Positions 37,061 through 48,766 of a stretch of 64,000 bases of DNA are shown here, in pieces. Location of the stretch: positions 79,915 through 143,914 of the IMG/VR virus record IMGVR_UViG_3300029305_005443; one strand, written 5' to 3'. How positions within the stretch are numbered: position 1 is the first letter of the stretch; the number at the start of each line of letters is the position of its first letter. The notes below the pieces were generated by a model. That model saw only the letters and a list, made by a program, of their open reading frames with translations, made no database searches and had not been told where the DNA came from. This DNA comes from a virus (Duplodnaviria; Caudoviricetes). A program made the translations under genes and the position numbers.

Positions 37061-39112
37061 ATGACAAACATAGATGAAAAACAATTTGAAGGTTTATCCA
37101 GAAAAGAAAAGGAATATGCCTTAAAAATTTTAGAAGAATTTTCAAGAACTGGAAAATCAGATACATATAACGATCTGATTTATGCTGATTATGCGGAAGT
37201 TCCAGTTGATGTTGAAACATTCTTGAGGGATAAAAGGTACCTTGGAACAGGGTTGACTAATGATGATGGGAAATTTACTGTTTTCCCATATTGGATAGAT
37301 ACTTTAAAAAAGATTTTTCCTTCTAACATTGATACTGCATATAATACTTTAGTTTTAACTGGTGGAATTGGTCTTGGCAAATCATTGGTTGCTGTACTCT
37401 GCCTTCTGTACTTATTGTATAGAATGCTTTGCTTGAAGAATCCATATGTTTTCTATGGGTTACAACAAATAGACCACATTACTTTCTCATTTATAAATAT
37501 AACTCTTGATGCAGCTAAGGGTGTGGCCTGGGCAAAGTGCCAGGAATTGCTGAAAAGTAGCCCGTGGTTTTTAGAACACGGCACATTAAGCAAATCTCAA
37601 GATCCGGAATGGTCTCCTAACGGGGGAATTGAACTGATCTATGGTTCTTTGCCAAGGCATGTTTTAGGTAGAGCTGTTTTTTGCTCATTTGAAGACGAAA
37701 TTAGCTTTTAGCCAAATCAAGATGTAGAAAAACAAAAACAAAAAGCAAAAACTCTTATAAGCACTGTTGACGCTCGTATGCAATCGAGATTTATGAAGGG
37801 TGAAAAATTACCCACATTAAATATTATTGCTTCTTCTAAAAGGACAGAACAGTCATTCCTTGAAACATATATTGATATGAAAAAGAGGAATGAGTCAAAA
37901 ACTACTTTAATTGTTGATGAACCTCAGTGGGTTATTCGTACTGATAAAGCAAGTTCAAGAACTTTTAATGTAGCAGTTGGAAATAAATTCTTAGACTCAG
38001 AAGTTCTTCCTTTGAGTGTCACAGAACAAGAATTGCAATTATATAGGGATAAAGGATTTAAGATTCTTCAAGTTCCTTTTGGTTATTACGAGCAATTCTT
38101 AGACGATATTGATATTGCTTTAACTGATATTGCTGGTATTTCTACAACAAATAGTCAGAGTTATATTTCTGGTGTTAGATGGGCTAAATGTCGAAAAGAA
38201 GGACTTGAAAACCCATTTAATAAAGAGATTTTAGTAGTTGGCAATGCACCAGATGATAAAGCCCAATATAGTGATTTCTTTGATTTATCAAAAGTTCCTT
38301 CAAAATATAAGTATAAACCATTGTATATCCATCTGGATATGTCTCTTTCTGGGGACAAAACTGGTATTGCAGGCACGTGGATAATCGGTAAAAAACCACA
38401 TGAAGAAGGACAAGTAGAATCTAAAGAATTATATTATCAACTTGCATTTTCTGTTGCTATAAAAGCACCTAAGGGCTATCAAGTTAGTTTTGAGAAAAAT
38501 AGACAATTCATCTATTGGTTGAGAGACCAAGGATTTAAGATAAAAGGTGTAAGTTACGATACCTTCCAATCAGCAGATTTAAGTTAGCAATTACAAGCTC
38601 ATGGATTTAATTGTGAAACAATTTCTGTTGATAGGTTACAAGATAAAATCTGCAAGCCTTATCTTGTTTTTAAGAACGCAATCTACGAAGAACGATTAAT
38701 TGTATATAATACAAAGTTGCTGACGGATGAGATTATTGGTCTTGTTAGAGATGGGAATGGAAAAATAGACCACAGCCCTTCTGGCATAAACTCAAAAGAT
38801 ACTGCTGATGCTGTTTGCGGAAGTTTATATAATGCTTCACAACACGCTGAAGAATATGCTTTTGATTATGGTGAAGATTTAGATCTCATCAAAAAAGCAA
38901 ATGATGCTTCTTCTGCTATGTCTTTGGAAAATAAAAAGCAAATTGTTTTAGATATGGAAGAAGAGCTCAAAAACTTTAGATTATTTTAGAATCCATTTGT
39001 AGTACAATAGGCACAACAACAATCTAAACCTACAGGGTTGGATTTTGGGTTTGGTAAAGCAGTGCCTTATGGTGGACAATCTTATGTTCAAGATGGTATG
39101 CTCATTTGGTAA
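37061..39112 (+). CDS. terL: Terminase large subunit (683 aa), 4 TAGs
   Basis: Walker A TGGIGLGKS, Walker B FEDE, nuclease YIHLDMS..DKTG, SYDTFQS, IDH..SKDTADAV across TAGs. Confidence 0.92.
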
Positions 39113-39122
39113 GTGAGGAAGA

Positions 39123-41024
39123 ATGACTGATATTGAAACTACTGGATCTGCTTTTGCTGAAGATCCATTGTTATATGGTAAACAAATAGAAACTGTTCCA
39201 AAGCCAGAAAAGACTTTTGGTGTTGACACTCACGACACCTTATTGACAGATTTGGCTTCTGTTCAGGCTTCTCAAATTGATATGTCTGAAATAAACAAAT
39301 TTACTAACATTTCAGACAACAGAAATGAACTTTATTCTTTGATTGACCAAATGGGTGCTGATAGTAGGATTGCTGCTGCACTTGAAATCTACGCAGAAGA
39401 TAGTACCGAGAAAAATGAACAAGGTCAGATTGTTTGGGCAGAATCTAGTGACGGTGATGTTGCAAAATATATTAATTTTCTTCTTAAGTCATTAAATATT
39501 GATAAAAATATTTATAAGTGGGTTTATTCACTTTGTAAATATGGAGATCTTTATATCAGAATGTTTAGAAAGTCTGATGTTGAAGATGATTTGTTTGATG
39601 AAGATGATGATGAGAAGAAAGCCCTTAATGAAGAAATAAAAGTTAAAGTGTATCCAAAGAGTGATAAGTTAGTTCATTATGTTGAGATGGTTCCTAACCC
39701 AGCAGAAATGTTTGAATTAACTAAATTTGGTTCCACTTATGCATATATATAGGCTCCATCTACTCTTGCAGCGGATTATAACTATACTGGTGAAGAAGCT
39801 TGGCTAACAAACGCACAGAATAGATATTTATATAAATTTAAGAGAGATGATATTTATATCTATCAACCTACTGAGTTTGTTCATGCTTGTTTGGAAGACA
39901 GCCCAACAAGATTTCCTGAAGAAGTTAGAATATTTAGGACAGATGCCGATTATGAAGATGACAAATGTAGTTTGAATTATTAGGTAAGGAGAGGTTCTTC
40001 ACTTCTTTCTAATATATTCAAAATCTGGCGTGAACTCATGCTTCTTGAGAATTCTGTTCTTCTTAACAGAATTACAAAATCCTCTATTGTTAGAATGATT
40101 TAGGTTGAAGTTGGTGATATGCCGGCTGAAAATGTAAAGCCTCATTTGTATAGCATTAAATCTATGATTGAATAGAAAGCAGCTATAAGTGAAGGTAAAA
40201 AATTATCCGAATATACTAATCCAGGTCCTATTGAAAATAATGTTTATGTGCCAACCAGAAACGGTCAAGGTGTCATAACAACAAATTAGATAGGTGGAGA
40301 TGTTGATGTTAAGTCACTTGTTGACTTGGATTATTTCCTTGATAAATTGTATGGTGCATTGAGAATTCCAAAGCAATACATGGGTTCAACGGACGATTCC
40401 ACTGGGTTTAATGGTGGAACTGCATTGTCTCTAATTTCTGCTTCCTTTGCAAAAATGGTTAAGAGGATTTAGTCTACAATGAAGCAGACCATTACTGATA
40501 TGATTAATGTTTTATTGTATGACAAGCAGCAGACTCAATACATAAATAAATTCTCAATCAATATGGTAGGTCCAATGACTGAAGAAGATAAGAATCGTCA
40601 GGAAAATCTTAGTTCTGAGATTCAAGTTGCTTCTGATGTTATGAATTTACTTGGTGATATTGATGACCCAGTCATTAAACTTAAACTTCTTAAAGCTTTA
40701 CTTTCAAGTTGCATTACAAATGAGGAAGTCATAGAGCTCATTCAAGAACAAATTGATGAACTTGAAGCAGAACAAGAAGGAAGTGAAGAATCATCTTCTG
40801 AAGAACAAGACATTAACATTGATTTTTCAGATGAGGGTGAGTCATCGTCAAGTGATTTTTCTGGTGGTCTTAATGACTTTGCCTCTGATGGATTGGATCT
40901 TGGCAATGAAGCCCCATCTGTTGAGACTTCAGTTCCTGAAGAGAATGGTGGGGAAGAAACTGTTTCCGGTCTTCCAAGTATGAATGAAATAGGATTAGAT
41001 TTCGCAGATACAACTCAATTTTAA
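39123..41024 (+). CDS. Portal protein, T4 gp20-like (633 aa), 6 TAGs
   Basis: KYGDLY, GSSLL..WRELMLLENSVLLNRI, VEVGDMP, DLDYFLDKLYGALRIP, FAKMVKRI[TAG]. Confidence 0.9.
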
Positions 41025-41056
41025 CAATTCCAGTAGATAATATCTAAGGAGAAAAT

Positions 41057-41527
41057 ATGGCAATAACAAAACAAGATTGTTTAGTACTTCTCAATTCCTT
41101 AAAAAATAATGGGATTGATGTTAGTGAGATGTCTAAGAAAGCAGCTCTTTCTAAAGATGTTTCATTAGAAGTAGTTGATTTCATAAACAAAAACAGACCT
41201 TTTGAGGTTAGTAAGTTTTATGAAAAATTAAGAAAATCTTACAATGAAAAAAAGTCTCAGTTATACAAGCAAATAGTTAAAAGTGATGAGGTTGATACAC
41301 CTAAAGACATAATTATTACTTTATCTTCTTTAGGTCTTCAAATAGTTTTATTTGCAAAGACTGTTGATGACTAGCAAATGTTTTTAAGACAAGCTAGGTA
41401 TCAAGAACTTACAGGTTGTTTGTATAAATACAGCATAACATATGATTTGTTACCTGCCATACAGCTCCTTAGGTTATTTAAAATGGATTTAAAAGCATTT
41501 GAATATCTTAACAGCAAGGATAAATAA
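41057..41527 (+). CDS. Hypothetical protein, 1 TAG
   Basis: AAGGAG RBS; readthrough ends at a TAATG coupling with the next gene. Confidence 0.78.
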
Positions 41528-42372
41528 TGCAAGAAGAAGAAATTCTTGGACAAAAAATAGATGGGCATGGGTTAGGATATGTCCTCTCAAAAAGAGACAT
41601 AAGGGACTACAAACTCAATAAAAAAGTTTGTGGTTCCGTTTCTTTACCTGAAAGTTTTGAGGTACCACATTCTTAGATAAAAAATTAGGGACAAGTTCAA
41701 AGTTGTGTTGCATTTTCTGTTGCCGAAGTAATGGAAACATTAGATGACAACGGAACAAATTATTCAACTGCTTGGATATACGGGTACCGACCCACTAGTT
41801 ACTACCAGGGGCCTGGTATGATAGCTAGTAATGCGCTTAAAACAGTTAATTTAGTTGGTGCCATTAAAAAGGAAGTTCTTCCTGGCAATTATGAGATGCC
41901 AAAAGCAAAACAAATTGTCCAGAAAAATCTTTCATCATACAAAGAAAAAGCCAAAGAAGATAAAATTGTTGCTTATGCAAGATTAAGAACAATGCAAGAA
42001 ATAAAAGAAGCCATTTACACAACTGGTACTCCTGTTGTGGTGTGTATTCTTTGTACTGATTTGAAATTGGATGAGCATTATATTGCTTACATTCCTGATG
42101 GAGCAACTTCCGGTCACGCCGTTGTGTGCTATGGGTGGAATGAGTTAGGATTGCTCATACAAAACTCCTGGGGCGATAAATGGGGAGACAACGGTTGTTT
42201 TATACTTCCATATGAACACCCATTTAGTGAAGCATGGATTCTAACAAAGGATCCGGATGTAATAATTAAGCCATCTGCTTTTGCATTTAGAGAAATTATT
42301 GTAAATTTCTTTAAGTCATTAACAATGTTCTTAAAAGGATTGTTTAAATCTAACGAAGGTAAGGGAAAATAA
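41527..42372 (+). CDS. Papain-like C1 cysteine peptidase, 2 TAGs
   Basis: IKN[TAG]GQVQSCVAFS, GHAVVCYGW, IQNSWGDKWGDNG. Confidence 0.9.
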
Positions 42373-42373
42373 T

Positions 42374-44356
42374 ATGCCAGATTATATAAATAAAATAAGG
42401 GTTGCCGGCACAGAATATGATATTAAAGATGCTACCGGTGCTAATATTTCTTATTATGTATGCAGTACTGCTGCTGCTAATGTGACAAAAGTTATCTCAG
42501 ATTCTGGTTCTGTTGTTTACACAAATGGGACTGGTATTAGAGTAAAGTTTACAAATGGTAATACAAACACTGCACCATCTCTTCAAACAGGAAGTGGAAC
42601 AAGTGCAAAAACATATTCTGTTAAGTGGCCTTCTTCAAGAGAAACTCCTCTTGGTTGGGAAAACAATTCTGTTATTGATTTTGTTTTTGACTCTACTGTT
42701 CCTTGCTGGAGGGTTGTGTCCCAAGCATTCAGCACCATTGGTGATTTCAAAATAAACCAAGATGCTGGAAATAACATAACAAAGATACAAAAAGAATCTC
42801 CTAAGTATGCTTATACTGGCACTACTGCTCAACAGAGTTATTTGTGTTATATAAATGCACCAGCAGATGATGTTTTTACTAGCACCTCAAGAGATCCTTC
42901 AACTATAGATTTCTTGAGTTCTGGCCCTGTCAATTCAAGTGGAACATATAATCCAGTAACAAGAATTAGATATGATGGAAAATTTGAAACTTCTAAGTTA
43001 AATGCTACTGGTGGAACTATTTCTGGCATTACCTTTAGTGGAAACAATTCTAACACTGGTACTATAACAAACACGGGAACTATCAGTGGTGGAACCATTA
43101 ATGGTGCAACCATTTCTGGTGGTTCATTAAGTAATGTTGGCGGAACATTTGCAGGTACTTGTACAGGAACTTTTGCAGGTACTATTTCTGGCACTTTGAC
43201 CAATGTTACTTTAGCTGGAACAACTACTCTTTCAGGAACACTAAACGGTGGAACAATTGCTGGTTCAACTATAGGAAGTGCAACTAGTGGAAGCACAGTT
43301 ACCAGATCTTCATTCATAGGTGATTTGGGTGATTATGTTGAATTAAATGGAAGATTAAGAAGTGATAGTTTAGGATCCACTGGTGCTGTTTACCTTGATG
43401 GCAGGAGTTTAAGCTCACTTGCATCTTACACCCCATCCTGGTACAAAAAAGATGGAACAACTGCCCTAACAATTGAGGCAATCAGTGCTGCTGTTGGGGA
43501 TAGATTTTTTGTGACTAAATATGGAACTGCTATTGCATATAAAGCTGTTCTTCAAGATGTTGAGATTTATGGCGGAACTATAAAGGGAGCTTCACTTCCC
43601 GATTTGAACATTAGTAGTTTATCAAATGTTACAATAACCGGTGGCAACATTTACGGGGTTGATATTTCTTCAAATGGTAGTACAAGAACAACATTTAGGG
43701 GAGATATTTTAGGTGGTTCTACACTGAATGGAGAAATTGATATTGATGCTGCAACTCTTGACTGGAGCGGATCTGTACTAAAGACAGGAAATATAAATGG
43801 TTCTAAAACTGTTTATATTGACGGCAGGGCAGACTCAAGTCTTTCTTCTGTTACTCCAACTTGGTATAAAAAGGCAGGTTCTACTACAATCACAATTTCT
43901 AATGTAAGGGCATCTTTCGGTCAAAAAACATTTATCACAAATTATGGCACAGTAGTTGCTTACCAAACAATTCTTCAAGCTCCTGAAATTTATGGTGGAA
44001 CAATTAATGGAGCAACTCTTACTAATGTAACTCTTAGTGGTGCAACTTATAATAATATTACCATAGATAAAGGTAACATTAATGGTGTAACTATTTCTTC
44101 CTCAGGAGCTACAAGATCTACTTTTAGAGGAGACATACAGACAGGATCCACTATTAATGGAAACATTGATGTTGATGCTGCTACATTAGACTGTGCTGGG
44201 AGTACAATTAAGAGTGGAACGATTTCCAGTTCAACATTAAGCAGTTGCACCATAAGTGGTGGTAAGATGACCAACCTTTCTATTATTTCTGCTGGTTCTT
44301 CTTTCCACTATGTAGTTATTGATGCTAACGGCAACCTCAAAGTAAAAGCTGGCTAA
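42374..44356 (+). CDS. Gly/Thr/Ser-rich beta-solenoid-like fibre/spike protein (no TAG)
   Basis: INKIRVAGTEYDIKD N-terminus; GGTISG pentapeptide-like repeats; internal duplication of roughly 130 aa. Confidence 0.8.
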   Translation: MPDYINKIRVAGTEYDIKDATGANISYYVCSTAAANVTKVISDSGSVVYTNGTGIRVKFTNGNTNTAPSLQTGSGTSAKTYSVKWPSSRETPLGWENNSVIDFVFDSTVPCWRVVSQAFSTIGDFKINQDAGNNITKIQKESPKYAYTGTTAQQSYLCYINAPADDVFTSTSRDPSTIDFLSSGPVNSSGTYNPVTRIRYDGKFETSKLNATGGTISGITFSGNNSNTGTITNTGTISGGTINGATISGGSLSNVGGTFAGTCTGTFAGTISGTLTNVTLAGTTTLSGTLNGGTIAGSTIGSATSGSTVTRSSFIGDLGDYVELNGRLRSDSLGSTGAVYLDGRSLSSLASYTPSWYKKDGTTALTIEAISAAVGDRFFVTKYGTAIAYKAVLQDVEIYGGTIKGASLPDLNISSLSNVTITGGNIYGVDISSNGSTRTTFRGDILGGSTLNGEIDIDAATLDWSGSVLKTGNINGSKTVYIDGRADSSLSSVTPTWYKKAGSTTITISNVRASFGQKTFITNYGTVVAYQTILQAPEIYGGTINGATLTNVTLSGATYNNITIDKGNINGVTISSSGATRSTFRGDIQTGSTINGNIDVDAATLDCAGSTIKSGTISSSTLSSCTISGGKMTNLSIISAGSSFHYVVIDANGNLKVKAG

Positions 44357-44383
44357 TATTGTATAATATACCAACTATATTAT

Positions 44384-44776
44384 ATGAGGGAGAAATATAT
44401 GACAGTTGAAGAGGCAAAATCAATTATTGATGCATACGCTAAGATTAGACAAGAAGAAAAAGAAATAAGTCTTCCTGTAAAAGTGTCTTGGATTAGAAGA
44501 CAAAATTTGCAGAAGCTTATGAATGTCTTTAGTCTTTATAACGAAGCGCTAACAGAAATTCAATTGAGATATGCTGATGATGAACATTCTGTTTTGAATG
44601 GGGATGGAACAAGACAAGTAAAAGATCAATACATTAATCAATATCAAAAAGAATGTATTGAACTTTACCAGCAAGATGCGGATGTTGACATTAAGAAAGT
44701 GAAATTAGAAGATTTAGGAGACTTAACTTTAACAGAGTCTCAAATGGATACTCTAGGTTTTATGATAGAGGAATAA
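44384..44776 (+). CDS. Helical protein typically following fibre genes (DUF1617-like)
   Basis: LPVKVSW.I.QNL..KY..L.FMIEE pattern. Confidence 0.65.
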   Translation: MREKYMTVEEAKSIIDAYAKIRQEEKEISLPVKVSWIRRQNLQKLMNVFSLYNEALTEIQLRYADDEHSVLNGDGTRQVKDQYINQYQKECIELYQQDADVDIKKVKLEDLGDLTLTESQMDTLGFMIEE

Positions 44777-44780
44777 TGCT

Positions 44781-46370
44781 TTGGCAGATGTAAGTAAACT
44801 TACAATTAGTGGTTCTTCATTTGATTTGAAGGACCCAATAGCAAGGCGGTCAATAGGCTATGGACAAGTGGATTCCACATCTACTTCCACTGCTTTCACA
44901 GCTCAGATTGATGGGGTTACTTCATATTTCGATGGATTAGCAATAATGCTTAGAAATGGTGTGGTAACCTCTGCTGCTGGCTGTACATTGGATATAAATA
45001 ACATTGGTGCAAAGCCAATTTATAATAGTATGGCAGATGCTTCTGCCGAAACTACTATATTCAATATTTCATACACAATGCTGTTTGTGTATGACAGTAC
45101 AAGGGTAAGTGGTGGTTGCTGGGTTATGTATCGCGGTTATAACTCTGATACTACTTCAGCAAGAGGTTTAATTGATTACTACTTCAGGCCACAGGCTGGA
45201 TCAACACTTTATAGATATAAACTCTGCATGCTTGGCGCTAACAATAGAATGTATCCTATTGTTACAACTGACCAAGAAGACACCACTCAAGTATCAAAGT
45301 CAGTTCAAACAGTTGCATTAAGGCCGGATAAGATTTGGCTTTACAATGCAAAGGACACCATTTCTGCTGGGAGTGCTATCACTGCAAATACTTTGTATGA
45401 AGCCATGTACTATACAGGAGCTGCATACACTTTTAACTCAACAATTTCTAAGTATACGACAATTTACTTAAGGGGTACATACGACAAGACTACTCACTTG
45501 TTCACTCTTTATGATGATGGCAATACTCCATGTACTTCTTATTATACTACAGTTCCTACTAACTCGTCAAGTATTACATTAAGTTCATATTTTGTTTAGG
45601 GTTATTATTATATATTAGTTGGTGGTGCTTATTCATCAAATAACTACTACAGCTTGTTTGTGAATAACCCTCTGTACTACTTCGATGGAACAAACCTTAT
45701 CCCAGTTGCAACAAAGTTAGCAAATGACGCTGCTGCAAGCGGGGTTACTTCCTTTAACGGTCAAACTGGTTCCGTAACATATTCGGCTCCAGTTACAGAT
45801 GTTAAGGATTCTGGTGGAACTTCTCTTCTATCCGGTACAGTAGCAACTATTCCTTCCATTCCTTCTGCTACTTCAGATCTTGTAAATGACTCTGGCTTCT
45901 TATCTTCTGCAGTAACTACTCTCGATACATTAGCTGGTGATTTATACTTAGCAAAGACTGAAGTCGGATCTGCTTCTGTAACTTCTACTATATCCGCTGC
46001 TGTAGTTACTTCTTGGGATGCTGGTTCTGTGACTTATGTATCACCTTATACAGTAGTTACTGGTGGAACTTCTTCTTCTATTTCTGTAATTTCTTCTGTT
46101 GGAACTGCAGCTACTGCTACTTATTCCAGTGGAATTTTAATCATAAATAATGGTACTGCTCCTACATTTGGCACAGCAGTTAGTGTCTACACTAGTTTAT
46201 CAACTGGTGATTCTGTTTATGTAGAAAATGGATCGGTACCTACATTATCTTATACTTCTGTTTCTGTTCCTGTCATTTCTGTGTCTACAAAAGTAGTTGT
46301 TACCGGAATTTCTAATCTTCCCCCAGCATTGGTTGGATCTGCATTAGTTGGCACTGACGTGGTAAGTTAA
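44781..46370 (+). CDS. Fibre protein, 1 TAG
   Basis: VSKLTISGSSFDLKDPIAR; TLDINNIGAKPI; VTSFNGQTG; SDLVNDSGF. Confidence 0.8.
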
Positions 46371-46381
46371 AGGAAATATAA

Positions 46382-47653
46382 ATGGGCACAATTGCTAAAG
46401 TAACAGCGGGTGGATCCACCCACTTAATAGCATCAACTGCATATGGAACTTGCCCTACAGCTGCTAGCACGGCTTCAAAAGTGGCAACAATATAGGATAG
46501 TCAAGATTTTACTCTTGTGAAGGGTGTGACTATTCATATTAGATTTACTTATTCTAACACTTCTTCTAACCCGACTTTGAATGTAAACAGTACGGGTGCA
46601 AAACCTCTGTATTTGTACGGAACTTCTACTTCTGACAGAACAGCAGTAGGAACTACGGTCAGTGAAAGCTGGAAAGATGGTGCAGTTGTTGCTCTTACTT
46701 ACGATACTACAATAAATACTTCTGGTTGTTGGATTGTAAATGATTATAGAGCATGGTATGCACAAAATGTTGGCTATACCCCGGATGATTCTTCTTGGAA
46801 TGTAACCGATGTTGCTGGTGCTCTTGACGACTTAAAAGCTAATGCTTCTTCTGCCGCTGCACCGGTGTATATAGAATATGGAGATGAAGACGCTTATTCT
46901 AAAATCTCTGCTGCTTTAACTGCTGGAAAAAGGGTTTATTGCATATATACAGAAGAAGATTCTGCTTATGGCTCTACTGATACGGCATACCTCCCTCTTA
47001 CTTATTGGTATCACGAGCCTGGTGAAGCGGATTATTATTATTTTCAAGTAGTTAGGGCAGAATCTTTAGCAGGTGGAGTTTATCAATCTACTAATGAATT
47101 ATGGACTGTTGAGGTAAGTGACAGCGACAGTTGGTCTGAGCTTGAGAAGCTTCCTTGGGGTGGAACCTATACTGGTGTTTCTCCAATAAGTGTAAGTGGA
47201 AGCACAATTAGCCATGTAAATAGTGGTGTTAGTGCTAGTACCTATACTGCAGCTTATAATGATAAAACTTCTTCTTGGTATATACCAACAATAACGGTTA
47301 ATGCAACAGGTCATATAACTAGTGCTGTTACTTATGGTACTGCTCTTAGTTTCTCTACTTTGGACAGCAGATTTACAAACCGAGGTTATTATAAACCTGG
47401 CAATGGACCTTGGGTTCTTCAGTCCACATCTACTTCTTCTACAATAACCTTTTCTAATCCCCTCAGCACAGGGTTCTATGTTACTGACATAAAGGCTTGG
47501 GATGCAGACGGTGTGCCAGTAATAATTGACTGGTCTATGACTAGTGGTGGCTACATTCCTTCAACCAGCTCGGCAACAGTAACTGTTTCTGTTTCTGAAG
47601 CATATGGAAAAGCAATCAATTATATTCCAGTTATCACTACAATGAACAAATAA
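46382..47653 (+). CDS. Fibre protein, 1 TAG
   Basis: YGTCPTAA..KV; PTLNVNSTGAKP; ITVNATGHITSA. Confidence 0.8.
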
Positions 47654-47664
47654 GGTCCTATATA

Positions 47665-48180
47665 ATGTATTCTAATGGAACAGAAATAAAATTAGTAACA
47701 GGTTCAGAAGTTTTTGGCGATGGAAACCACGAATCTACTTAGAATGTTCTTGATGCTTTATTCCAAGCTAATCCTTCTGGTAAAGATGTTCTTGACATTG
47801 GCACTGGAACTGGTGTTCAAGCAATATTTGCTAAAAAATGGGGAGCAAATAGAGTTGTTGCAGTTGATATAAGTTATCCAGCAATTTTAACTGCAAGATA
47901 GAACTTTCAAAGAAATAATGTTGAGATAGAATCTAGATTAAACATTTATAATGAATATTTAGATTTTAAAGCAGATATTATTGTTGCTAATTTATCCCCT
48001 CACGAAGTAAGAGAATTTTTACCATTAGCACAATCGAGTTTAAAGGACAATGGGATTCTGATTTGTTCTTGGATGAATCCTGCAGATATAAATAACGAGT
48101 GCGATTTATCGCACTACACTATACTAAGTCATATCCCAGGAATTAAATGGGATGCCTATGTACTTGGGAAGAAAGAATGA
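47665..48180 (+). CDS. PrmA-like SAM-dependent protein methyltransferase, 2 TAGs (absent from ORF track)
   Basis: FGDGNHEST[TAG], VLDIGTGTGVQAIFAKKWGA..VVAVDI, N..RNNV, ADIIVANL, GILICS. Confidence 0.85.
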
Positions 48181-48758
48181 AATACTTAGGCGCTATAAGC
48201 GACGACTATGATCTTGTAAATAAAAAATATGTTGACTCCAAAACTGCTGCCTATCCTTATCTTCAAGCAACTGGGGATTATGCAGAGTCTCAATCTTTAA
48301 CAGAGAATACTCTTGCACAAATAACCTTGACAGCCAATGGCTAGATAGCATTTGGGGAGGGGCTGTCTGTAGTTGACGGTGGTATCCAAGTTGCTGGCGA
48401 TGGTACTTATAAAACCACTGGCAATATAAAAGTTAGAACTACAAGTTCCGGTACAACATATAGAATGGAAGCTCAAATAAGAACTGGGGTTGATTTTGCC
48501 AATTCTTCTGTTTCATATTCCAATATTATAGGTGGAACAGAAGATGCTTATTTTGATATTCCTCTTCCTTCTAAGATGCTTGATTTATCTGAAGATGATA
48601 TTGTGTTTTTGGCAGTTAGATCTTTAGATGGTAATGCAAGTGCTTATCCATCTAGTATAGATACCTTCTTGCTTGTTGAGCAAGTTGCTTCTACTGGTGC
48701 AGCTGGAATTCAGCAAGCAATCAATTATTTGCCAAATGCAGACACTACAGAATATTGA
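48177..48758 (+). CDS. Fibre-tip-like protein (VNKKYVD + C1q/BclA-C-like beta domain), 1 TAG
   Basis: In-frame join of track ORFs 48147 and 48465. Confidence 0.7.
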
Positions 48759-48766
48759 GGTAAGAT

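Noticed and set aside
37061-39112. Intein or intron in the terminase
   Set aside because: A continuous frame under code 15 supplies all motifs; no intein or intron signatures seen
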